Source of the DNA: Asterias rubens
Lineage: Eukaryota
Reading direction: 5' to 3'
Assembly: GCF_902459465.1 (NCBI RefSeq)
Contig: NC_047068.1
Span: 14,198,001-14,262,000 of the forward strand
Length of the DNA: 64,000 bases
Shown one piece after another: positions 24,853 through 37,700 of this stretch. A program made the translations under genes and the position numbers. The notes below the pieces were generated by a model. The model saw only the letters and a program-made list of their open reading frames with translations. It was not told the origin of the DNA and ran no database searches. Position 1 is the stretch's first letter; each line of letters starts with the position of its first letter.

Positions 24853-27800
24853 CTATCGGCTGTGCAATGTCCCATGTACACGGAATCTATACAAACAGGT
24901 ATACTCCAAGTTGCCATGGTTACTGTGGATCTTCAGCTCAACAGCTGGTATTGGCTCTACATCAGAATTCTATAACAAGGGAGAAGGGTTGACAAAATGG
25001 TCAATACAAAATATTTTGTTTTTTTTACAAGGCTGTTTACTTTGCATCTTCTATATCACTTTGACTAAAATGGCATGATACTTGGCCTTTGGGAATATCT
25101 AATCACAAATATTCTGATTTTTGCAAGGGAAAGGAAGAATGGCATGCCTGCAATTGGGAACACACTACATAAAGACAAGAAACAAGTTTACCTCAATGGC
25201 AAAGAACTGCAACGGTGGACCTTCTTGGTCGTAGGAGTAGGTCCCTAGAAGAATGCTCTCACTGGCCTCGTCATCTTGCAGACCCTGGTGACAAGAATCA
25301 AAATAAACAAATTAAATTGCCGTCAATAGAAAGGGTTTCTTAACAATATTTCACCGATCAGATATTTTAAAGTGAGATAGAACCAAAACTAAGAACATAC
25401 TTTCAAAAACACATTTCCTATTCTTGAAAAGGTTATCAAATCCAACAAAATTAAGACATTTCTATTAGTTAGTACATATGATTTAACAATATTTATAATA
25501 CATGTCTAATACATGTATAATACTTATACAATCCAGGAGATTTATGTACACAACACATCACACATTTGATGTCCTAGTAGGTGGAGGGTTTCTCTTTGTT
25601 CAATCAGACAATCATGAGGTTGAAGCTCATGAAGGCCCTCAAAACACCATACTAAACAGATTTGAAAGCCAAACAAATTAATAATATTGGGTTCTTATAT
25701 AGCGTTTTATTAACACCCCAAAGGGCGTAACAAAGTTACATTATAAATGGGAGTTACATTATAAAGTACGAGACCTATTCCTTTATAGCATCGTGCTACG
25801 AGGTGCTAAGGTGCAATAAGCAGTCAATCAAACCTGCAGCCCAATTCACAAAACGCTAGGATTAATCCTATCTCAAGTTAGGATGAGTAACTCGTCCTAA
25901 CTTAGGATGGGTTCAATGCATCCTAACGTCTTTGGATGCGGAATTTAAAGGGATGCTGCAGTGAATTCAAATAAAACAGTTAATTTTGCTGTCATTTATT
26001 TCTGATATATGTATTGAACATCAATAAAATGTGTTTGTTTATTCCCGACATATCTCACTTGCCTAATTAGCGAATAAGTCATGCCCCCCCCCCCTTTTGT
26101 GGATTGTAACCGCCCCCCTACCATCGACGTCAGGTCGGGAATTCAAACATATCGTCGGCAAAAAGAGTCTGGTCCCCAACTACACGCGCCTAGGTACCAG
26201 GCCACAAAGTGCACACGTCTCTATATGCACACAGCCAGGGGGCCCGACGGCTCGGGTTACCGACATGACGTCACGTTTATGCAAATGAAGGCTCCCAAAT
26301 TGAAAAGAATTCAACTTGAGAAGTGACACAACAGGAACTCAAACACAAACTCTACTGATAAAAAAACACCAGAGCTGGAGTCCGGTGGTTCCTTACAACC
26401 AACTTCAAGTATTTTGGATACAAAAAGAGAAGAAATTATGAAACGTAATTTGTTGTCTTACCCAAACACTAAACTCCTTTGGTGCACTATCAATGGTTCC
26501 AGTCGGCGATAGTGATTTGGGGATGTGTTCCAATGAGAAGGCACTTGGTTTAATAATCCCAGCTAGCTGGATCACCATGTAACCCTGGGTACCTTTGAAA
26601 GCCCAGCAATTACCAGGCTGTACATCGGGCTGTGTAGAATAAATAGTTTGGACATCGTTAAATTACTAAACCTCTTACGTCCATGTCATGCGAGGCAATT
26701 TACAGGCAGCCAGTTCCAGGCAATCGCAAAGAAGAAAAGGTATTTAAATTTGAATGTTCACACATTTTTCATGAGGATCAGAAGAAATTGTTTGAAAAAA
26801 TACTGCAGCTGGTCGTCTGTAAAACTTGCCTTGTGTGTCAAGGCCCTTATGTTCTGTAACATCTTTCAGTACGAGTATGTTGCATCAGTGCAAAAAAACA
26901 GATCTTGAGTTTGCAAAATGCTGAATACTCAGTGCAAACAGAGTCTTGGCACATACATAGAGGAAATCATCTAATCTGCTTGAATGGTGCAAAGTGACCA
27001 GAGCCCAATTTCATAAAGCTGTCTAGCAGAAGATTCTGCTGAGCTAATTCCTTCGCTAAGCAAGAAACAAGTGGACTACCAGTTACAGCAATGGTAACTG
27101 TATAGTAGTTGAGCTGGTAACCTATTTTTGCAAAGCAAGAGTTTTTTGTGCTAAGCAATTTTTTCTGCTTATACATGCTTTATGAAATTGGGCCCTGGGC
27201 CCAATTTCATTAATCTGTTTAGCAATTTGCTAAGCAAGAAACAAGTGGAGTCACCAGGTACCAGTCACAGCAATAGTAACTGTATGGTATTTTGGCTGCT
27301 AACCTTTTTTTGCTAAGCAAGAGTTTTCTGCTTACTTAAATTGGGCCATGGTCTAAAAATCACCGACCAAACACAGCAATGCTGATTCCCGCTGTAAAGT
27401 TGACCTACCTGAATGACAGTGTGAGGTGAGTTGGCCATATGCCAGAGTGGTATTCCAAAGATACTGAGCAGCGCAGTCTTAGAGTAGTGAGTCTTTCCTT
27501 GTGAAACCCTTACCCTAACCCCAACCAAAAACAGCAATGCTGATTCCAGCTGTAAAGTTGACCTACCTGAATGACAGTGCGAGGTGAGTTGGCCATATAC
27601 CAGAGTGGTATTCCAAAGATACTGAGCAGAGCAGTCTTAGAGTAGTGAGTCTCTCCTTATGAAACCCTTACCCTAACCCCAACCAAACACAGCAATGCTG
27701 ATTCCAGCTGTAAAGTTGACCTACCTGAATGACAGTGCGATGTGAGTTGGCCATATACCAGAGTGGTATCCCAAAGATACTGAGCAGCGCAGTCTTAGAG

Positions 27801-28705
27801 TAGTGAGTCTCTCCTTATGAAACCCTTACCCTAACCCCAACCAAACACAGCAATGCTGATTCCAGCTGTAAAGTTGACCTACCTGAATGACAGTGCGAGG
27901 TGAGTTGGCCATATACCAGAGTGGTATTCCAAAGATACTGAGCAGCGCAGTCTTAGAGTAGTGAGTCTCGGAGCACCGGGTGCTAATCACGCTACCACCA
28001 GCAGACTCTAGTGCGTAGTCTACCATACCAGTCTTATCAGCACTGTACATGGTCAACGCACTCAGGACAATGTGCTTCACTCTCTGTGATTGAGACCAAA
28101 ATAAGATAAGATTATAAGATTTAAGATAATACCTGTATTATCCCACACTTGGGAAATTATAACCGGCTTTGATTCAAACAGTAGAGACAAAAACATTAAA
28201 ATTAGAACAATAAACAGATAGATTGATTAAAAAGAAACAATGAGAACGACCAGGTCAAGATCCTATGGGACTTTAACATTCAGACCGATCATGTTATACA
28301 ACATAGGCGTCCGGATGTTGTGCTATCAGATAAGACGAAGAAGATGTGTCATCTCATTGACATAGCTGTGCCAGGTGATATAAGGGTTAGCTTCGAAGGA
28401 GATGGAAAAGATCGAGAAGTACCAGGACCTGGCCAGGGAACTTCGTAAGATTTGGCAGGTAAAGGTAAAAGTAGTCCCCGTGGTGGTTGGAGCACTTGGC
28501 ACCATTCCCAAAGCACTGGGGAAACATCTAGATGAAATAGGGACAAATGTGAGGGTAGATCTGTTACAGAAGGCAGCGCTTTTGGGAACAGCGAGGATCC
28601 TGAGAAAGACCCTTGAGATCTAAGGCTACGGGACGTAGCCCGGCTCGAGGAGTTACCGGCACAAAGGAAAATGAGATCTTTCTTTTGCATGCTGTGATAA
28701 AATGA

Positions 28706-28751
<46 letters not shown>

Positions 28752-31700
28752 GTGGCTTATTATATAGCGCTAATATCTGCCACCCAGTGACACACCAGGC
28801 GCTTCAACAGTCAGTAATTTTCTAGCAAGTCATTGTGGAGCTACGTTTACTACTAATGAAACCAAATCCAATGCGTAGCACCATGTACAATTTACAAGAG
28901 GCTGTGGCAAGAGACAGTAAAAATGCATTGACATAAAGACAGTAGATACAACAGTAAAAATGCCAATATAAAGACAGTAGATACAACAGTAAAAATGCAT
29001 TGATATATAAAAACAGTAGATACATCAGTAAAAATGCATTGACAGATAGAGTAGAAACAAAAGTAAAAAATGCATTGATAGAAAGACAGAAGATACAACA
29101 GTAAAAATGCATTGACATAAAGACAGAAGATACAACAGTAAAAATGCATTCACATAAAGAGGGTAGATACAAAATATACTTAGGAGACAATGAAATCGCA
29201 ATCAGAGGAAAAATAATAGCACAACTGGCTTAAGTGGTAAAAGGGCATTGTACAATTATTATAACTACTTTATTTAATACGTACCTCTTCATCCAAACTA
29301 CCGTCAGCGCTCAGATTGACGCTACCCCCAGATGACCTTTGACCTTGACTGAACCATGGAGCCATCCACCATCCCTAAGACATAAAGGGGAAAAAACTGA
29401 TTTGGAATAATCCTAGCAAATTTAATTTGAATTAATCATTACAATAAATATGTTAAAATTATAAGTATACAAAAGGAAAAAAGGCTACAAAAAACCAACA
29501 ACAAAAATACGGAACACCAAGATTTTTTAAAATATTATTATTAGATACAACAATATTACAATAATGACAGGACGAGAGCAATTACATGAAAATGGACCGG
29601 CCAATATTTAACACTGCCACGCTTGTATCCTAGTGACCAGGCCAGATTAATCCAGATTGAACCAGATCAGACCCCATCCAGCCTTGCCAAGAGTCCCATC
29701 TAGCCCCAATATTCATAGACCTTTCTATTGCAACGTCACAGCCCGAGCTTTTGCCAACCCAGATTGGAAAACTATGGAAAGCCATAAGTGCACATCAAGA
29801 AAAGATCACTATTTTTGGTAACAATGTTACAAAAAACAAATTTTGTTTAAAACAAAACAACGAATTATGAGAGGTATTTTTATTAAATTGAAAGTTAGCA
29901 GAAAATAATGAATTTTGTAAAAACATATGTTTTTACGATTTAGTGTTTTACTAGCATTCGGCCGAACATGCCAACCGAGGCAGTTTGTTTATCAAAAAAG
30001 AAAAAGGGCTATACACAAAAATTGTAACCTGATGACCAGGCGAGATTAATCCAGATTGAACCAGATCAGACCACATTCAGACTTACCAAGAGTCCTGTCT
30101 TGTTCTTACAGCAATCATGGACATCAACCTGTAACTTGGTGATGTTGGCCTTAGCTGCATTCAGTTCATCCTTTACGGCGGCGATTCCAATACCCAAACC
30201 AGCACTAAATGAAAGGTAGAATAAATAAAAAAAATAAAAAAATAGTAATAATAATTCTGACTGACCGTGGTTCAACTCGTGAAAAAAACTCATATTTCTT
30301 GATTTTCAATTGCAGCAAAAACAGGGGTGAGCTCTCAAACTTAAGGACCAGTCAAACTTAACTCTGAGTGGTCCGGCTGGCTAATTCAGTGTTGGAAAGC
30401 CTCCCTATTTAATGTGAAATACATCCCAGTGAAAAAGCTGAGGGATTGTGGAATGACAAGCGAGTTGGTCCAGCTGGCCAGTCACTAAACAAGTTCAGGA
30501 CAAACTCTGTTATTGCCTCCAAAATGTTACATTGGCGGAGTAGCTTAACTCACCCAGAATGATGTCCCGCAGCCTGCCTCATCATGTCTTCTTTAAGATG
30601 GTTGATTTCTTCTCTAAACTGCTGTATCCTCACTTCATTGCCTCCTCCGCCACCACCTAAAGATGTTTGCACACCAGCCATGCTAGCCTCCAACCCAGCC
30701 ACTCTTTCTAACAATGCAGCAATGGCACTCACTGATTCACCCTCCTGCCCCTGGGTATACAACAACCCATTCAGACGATCGGTATTAGATCTGATCAACG
30801 CAAGATCTTGCTGTAATGTCACGATGGCGCCATTTGTGCCGCCCGTCCCACCGAGACCCCCCGCCGCAAGGAAAGTGGCTAAATTCTCATTGTTATCCCC
30901 TAGAATGGACGTCAGTGAGCTGATTCTCGAATCCAGAAGGGAGAGGTTGATAGGTTCGTGATTGTCGCTGTACATCATTGCCTCAAGCTGCTGAACGGTA
31001 CCCTGTAGTTTGAGGAGATCTGCAGCGAGGGCAGAATGAGAGTCTGAGTCTCCCGTGTATGTGGCACTCATCTCAGTCAGGTGAGTGTGAGTTGAGTCAA
31101 CTTTAGATCTAATACTCGCCACCTGCTTCTTCAGAGTGTCCACATCGCCGCTTGTTGCATAGTTACTCTGAGTAGCCGATAACTGACCAATCATAGTTTT
31201 GAGGTTGGTCATCTCTGCCTGCAAGTCCTGCATCTCGCTCCGCGTGGCGAATGCTGTCAGTTTATCCTGTCCTTGTTTCAGTGACGCAACGGTTACGTTA
31301 AGAGCCACCATTGCAGAGCTTTGTTCCCCAAATGCTTGATTCATTTGACTGAACTCACCCTTGAGCTCTGAAACACTACTTGAAATGGTCCGTTTCATTT
31401 GCATCTGCGTTGAGTCAAAATAACTGATCTGCGATTCTAATGCTGTAAGAGAGGATTTTAAGTTGGCGACTCCCACCACAATGTCACTACCCCCCTGCAG
31501 GGAAGCTATCCTTCCGACATCCAGTCTAACAGCTCCGACCTCATCCGAGAGCTTCTGGACTAAGGAGTTAGTGTCCGCGTCCCCTTGCATATTCTCCAGG
31601 ACAACCATTCTATCTGCTTTTATGGACAACTCTCCGACTTCAGTCTTCAGTTGACGAAGAGTTGCTCCAGTCTGGCTCCTCTGTTCTTCCTGGCTTGTTG

Positions 31701-34700
31701 CAAAACCATCTACTTGATTTCGAAGTTGTCCAACTTGTATCTTCAGTGAATCAATGTCGGCTACGAAGATGTTTAGCTCCCGCTCCGTGTTGGAGATGCT
31801 CAGATGAAGGCTCTCCAAGCCACTCTTGTCAACCTTCTCAGTATCAGAACCCTGGAGTGACAGGAAGCTCGCTTGTATAGAGCTGAAGTCTGATTCTAAT
31901 TTGGCAAGTTTAATATTCAGCTGCTTTATACTGGATGAAACTGGTTTGACATGTCGAACGCTCAGATCCTCTAATGAGATCTTCAAGAGACCAATCTCTG
32001 ACTGTACTTCGGCAAGAGTACCTCCAAGTGTTTGGTATTTCTGTTGCTGAGCCCTCAGCAATTCAGAGCTATCTGCTTGAGATGCTTTCAAGGAGGCCAC
32101 GTCCTTCTTAAGAAGCTCCAGCCGTGAATCCACCGATTCCCTTCCATCTTTTTCTTCCAGGTTTTGCATGGCAACCATCTCTCCAAACTCCGACCTGAAG
32201 TTGTGCATCTCGATCTTAACATCAGAGAATCCCGACTCAAAATCATTCATTCTGTTGACAAGCTCGGTGACCTTGCTGTTAGTGAGCCGGTCTTCTGACT
32301 GCAGAAGCTCCACCTCCTTTAGTAATCCTGTAAGTCTAGCCTCTAAGAACGTAACATTCATTGCTAATCGCTCCTCCCAAGAGACCATACTGAGGTGAAG
32401 AGCCTTCAAATCACGACGGAACTTCTCACTCCCCGTTTGCACGCTGCTCATTTCCATCATCTGCTGGGCCTGGAAGCTGTCCATCTCCGTCTGAAGACTT
32501 GACACCTCCTTAGAAAGTTCTTTCAGTTCTCCGCTGAGCCCAAGTACAATCTTAGATCCTTCAGTTTGCTCCATCTCAACATTGTTGTACCCTTGTAGTC
32601 TGCTCAATTGTAAATTACGAAGTTGACCTCTGACCCTGGTCAGCTGACCTTCCATGGAGTTGATGTAGAGGAGTGTGTGGTCATTCGGTCGTTCTTGTTT
32701 GGCAACGAGAACACCAATTTGATCACGGAGCATCCCTATCTGTGATTCTTGCAGAATGCTCTGCTCATGCATCTGTTAATCAAAACCATGAAAACAAATA
32801 AATAATTTGAAATGTCCGAGTGAGCTTTGCTTTGTTTACAGCTTAAAAACACATCAGAACAAAGTTAACTTGATCTGATATCTATAAATGAGTTGGGGTG
32901 GTTCTGAAAAGAAATGTTGGTTTCAACTTTTTAAACGTTGTTTTCAACCGATAACGGTTCTTTTCAGAACCACCCCAACTCATTTAGAGATTATCATTAC
33001 TTTGTGTTACAGTAAACCTTTTTATAAAATAATTCCACCATGCAAAGTTTCAAATCCTACTTGATCTGATTTGTAGCAGCATGGTTATTTTTAAACTTGT
33101 CTACTTTTACGACGATTAAATACAGGAATCCTGTACATGGTTTTGTACGACAACAAAACTATACCAGCCTGCAGTATGATATAATGTTTTTCAAATATGT
33201 TTTCTTTTCTCTTAAGATTTCACCCCGCCATTATGACATTAGAACGAAATTCTACTTACAGCAATAATCTGCTGATTCTGAGACGTAAGCTGAGATTGAA
33301 GGTCACCAAGTTGACCTTTGACCACAACCCCAATCAGGGTCATGAGGTCATCTTGTTTCAAGCATTGAAGGCAGCCACTACCGGCAGCGTATGCCGCTCC
33401 TCCCTCGTCCCCATCTGATGACAGCTTGCCAAGAAGGATCCCAAGTTGTTGATTCACATCATGAAGAGGTGAGGTCACCTGGAGAGGTCAGGGGGTAAGT
33501 GAAATTATTACATATTCATGGTTTAAAGGTCACACATTTCTGTATAAATATCATCATACGCTCAGACACTGCATTTCTTAATTTTAATAATATTATCTTT
33601 ATAATATCTTTATAATAATAAAAAAGACTTGTAATGTGCACATATCCACTCAGCTTGGTGTTCAAGGCACAGTAAAACCAAAAAAACAAAACAAGAGAAA
33701 ACAGACAAAACAAAATTAGTCCTTGAAAACTTGTGACACAAGATAAGTTTTGAGAAGAGACTTGAGTTTTGTGGTTCAAAGACAAGATTACAGATAAGGT
33801 TGTAGAGATTTCCAGATGCGTGGCGCAGCTGAAGAAAAACACCCGTCACAATTTCTTGCACCATTGTTTGCCGAGATTAATGTCAAGGAAAATAAATAAG
33901 AATAAAAAATACATGGTATTGTTTTAGAGTTGCAGATTTTATGTTCACATGGGAAGCGTTGACTAATGTCAGTTCCATTCCTTGCCTTTACTTTGAACCT
34001 CTTGTTTGAGCAAAAGTTGGTCAAAGATTGTGGCTGTTTGTGGCTGCTCTGGGCCTTTCAGTACAAACCATTGGGGCCGTTAACTTGCCTCAAACTTGTT
34101 TATTAAATAATAATAATAACGAACGAAGTCTTATATAGCGCACGTATCTACCAAAGAAGGTACTCAAGGCGCTGAGTATATACAATCTTTCAGAAAGATA
34201 GGTAATTGCATGGATGAATTTTGAGACCCAATTATTAAGCACCTTATAAGTGTTTACAAGGTGCTACGGCGAATACAGCAGCCACAGCCAGGAACATCGG
34301 GGCGAACCCCTTCTCTTTTCGATAAGTGCACTGGGTTCTTTTACATGCGTTACACAACACATGGGACCAACGGCTTTACGTCCCATCCGAAGGACAAAGC
34401 AATGGTTAAGTGTCTTGCTTAAGGACACAAGTGTCACGGCTTGGGATTCGAACCCACACTCTGCTGATCAGAAACACCAGAGTTTGAATTCGGTGATTTT
34501 AACTGATCGGCCACGACACTTCCACATAAATAATGCTTACATTTCCAGCAATAAAAAACCCCAAAAAATTTTCAAAATGTAACTGTAATTTTCTCTGCAC
34601 AAATTGTAGTCGATCATCGATGACAAATTACACACAAGCTGCTATACATATTATATAATAAAGTGGAAGGGTTTGCTGAAAAAAAGCTCCACAATTTTAT

Positions 34701-37700
34701 CAAAATATCTTCATAACCCACTCTCTGACTATCTATTTACCTTTGTTTCATTTCTTGATACTGCGGCAAGTAAGAAGGGAGCTGCAGCCAGCAGGAGATA
34801 TAAAGCTGAAATAAAGAGTTTGATCATGAATTTCAGAAAACAATTTGAAGCAAACCAAACAGATGCACAGTCCGTGAGAACTTTTCAAATCCTATCACTG
34901 TTCCAAGAAAAAGGAGAAAATTGAAATTTAATGAAAAAAAAATGGAGAGCAATGAATGAAAATCAAAGAGAAAATCACACAAGATTGATATAATTTTCTA
35001 GCGAGATGCATGGGTTGTGTATAGTGGCACAACAGTTACTGTGCACATGACTAACAAAGGGTGATACTTTTACCAATAGGAATACCAATCTTATTAAAGT
35101 CCTGAACACTATTATTAAATTTAAACTTTAAAGGCAGTGGACACTATTGGTAAATACTCAAAATAATTATTAGCATAAAACCTTACTTGGCAATGAGTAA
35201 TGGGGAGAGGTTGATAGTATAAAACATTTTGTAAAACGGCTCCCTCTGAAGTAACATAGTTTTCGAGAAAGAAGTAATTTTCCACGAATTTGATTTCGAG
35301 AGCTCAGATTTAGAATTTGAGGTCTCGAAATCAAGCATCTGAAAGCACACAACTTTGTGTGACAAGGGTGTTTTTTTAAATAATTATTATCTTGCAACTT
35401 CCGACCACCAGGTTTGTTCTTTTATGCATATGTTAAGATACACCAAGTGAGAAGACTGGTCTTTAACAATTACCAATAGTGTCCAGTGTCTTTGAATCCC
35501 ATATTCCTTTTTGAGTTTTTATTCTAATGTTTATATAACTAAACCAAGTCAATAGCATTCCGCACTAATGCTAAAAATAGAAGCCAAGTACACGGAGCTC
35601 ACGACAAAAATGCAAAATTACACTTTCGCGCATTATGTCCTAGTTGTATGTTTACCCACGACTTAATAGACTACAGTGCATGATCACGTAGGTGGTGTGG
35701 CATGTTTGTCTGACAGCCAAGTGTTTTACGAAAAAGTGACATCATTAGTGCGGGGTGCTATTCCTTAACTTCCTCTCTGATATATAGGTAACTTACCAGC
35801 TAATGTCCCAAGTAGAAGTAGTAGGCATAGACAGCAAGGTGTTCCTCTTCGTCTCTTCTCTCGTAGCATTGTTGCCGTCATTGCTGCCGCTGATCTGTCC
35901 TTCTGAGTAGCCCAGCTCAGGCCAAACAGCGATGCTAACCTCCCACAAAGACCCAGCGTTGATCGTCTGGATTGACAACAACAACAATTGTTTAAAGGCA
36001 CTTGACACTATTGGTACGTACTAAAAATAATTTTTAGCATAAAAACTTTATTGGTAAGGAGCAATGGAGAGCTCTAGATAGAATAAAATAATGTGAGAAA
36101 CAAATCTCTCTGAAGTAACGTAGTTTTTGAGAAAGAGGGTAATTTCTCACTCAAATAATAAAAAGACTTCAGGCGTGAAGCCTGTTATACAGCATCTGAA
36201 AGCACACAAATTGTGTAAAAATGTTGAATGTCAATTTTACAAAAACATTGTATCTCACAATTCTGCAAAGACGAGTCTCAATTTAGTAAAACCTTGTCGC
36301 ACAATTCTGCAAAATAGTTGTATCTCCGCAACTTATTTTATCAAAATTGCGAATAACGTTTTTTGAGGTACACTATTTTTGGAGAGACACAAGAACAACA
36401 AAAAGGAGTCTTACTTGACGAATAACAGCCATCGTACATCAATACCAATCAGCCATGTCAGGAATCGATAGACGGCAACACTCACAATATGTACAAGACT
36501 TGAAAATGCATTGACTGAGGAAGCAAACAAAGAAGAGAGGATTTCATCAGAGCAAGTCAATAATAATAATTAAAAAAATAATAACAATAATAGTGGCTTC
36601 TTGTGTGGCGTTCATTGGAGTTTTTAGTGAACATGTTAAGTTACCATTGCTGTGAGGAAGTCTTCTGTGACCTCTTTTGGTCTGTTTGCGGTACGTTAAC
36701 AGGGCGTCAGGTTACCATGCGTCCCCATTGGAAACATGGCTTTACAATGAACCACGCTTACCAAAATGGCAAGCATGGCAGACAGTCTCTGCATGTTATG
36801 TTGGTGCAAGGGGTGATCAGTTAATCAGTGTTTTGCATACCTATACTGGAAGACACAGAGTTTGCTGATGATGTACTGACAGACATAGAGTCTACTGCCG
36901 AGGTTGACCCATAGACTCCGCCAGCTATGGAAGACCAGGATGTCCGGATAACGGTGGTGATGAAATACAGCACTGATGTGACGATGGAGATGGTGGCATA
37001 AACCGGGAGGAACAATATTGAGACGGTGGAGGAAGAGGAAGAGTATGAAGCGAGGTGGGTGTGGTCGTGGGCGTGGTCCACTGAGGTCCACTCACCCGAT
37101 GCCTCCTTGTTAGTCAAACCTACGCGGGAAGTCACTGCGGAGCTAGACTCCGTATCTGGGGACAAAAAAACAGGCAAGGAAATCGTTGTGTCCGTGCAAA
37201 ACATTGTATCTCCTAAACCAATACTTACATTTCAAATCATCAAAACATCATATCTCTTTTATTTTGTTTATAGGAAATATATGACAGCGCACCAAGGCCA
37301 AGATTAGGGCAACAGAGGCCATCGCCTTCATGTAATTCCAAGCCTGATAAATTATTTGTTAAGGAAGCAGCATTTCATGAAATTTTCTCGTAAATGATTA
37401 GATGTACTGAGACTAAGTCTGATTCAAAGCTTACCTGATAGTTCACTTTCATCATTGGCGTCTAAACCTGCAAGATTAACAATAGGTGGTCAATATGTTT
37501 GTGATGCTTTTCCTATCTTTGGAAAGGAAAAATCTTCCTTTCCTTTTAATTTCGATCTTCTACCATTGAATGAGTTTTTCAGATTATGAATGATGAAACT
37601 TCTTTTTGAAAAAAAAACCACCTTTTTTTTATTATCTATTTTTTTATTTACTTGATTACACATCCAACAGCATTAGTGCCAATTCAGTTTGAGATGTGGG

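Noticed and set aside
27366-27969. Regular repeat array as a CRISPR or an interstitial telomere
   Set aside because: The context is eukaryotic, there are no unique spacers, the units derive from a SUN exon, and there is only one perfect TTAGGG per unit.
28822-29190. Hydrophobic Cys/Phe-rich ORFs
   Set aside because: They are translations of the 37-bp minisatellite.
30584-32398. Plus-strand ORFs of 60-125 aa
   Set aside because: They are antisense shadows of the large SUN coding exon.
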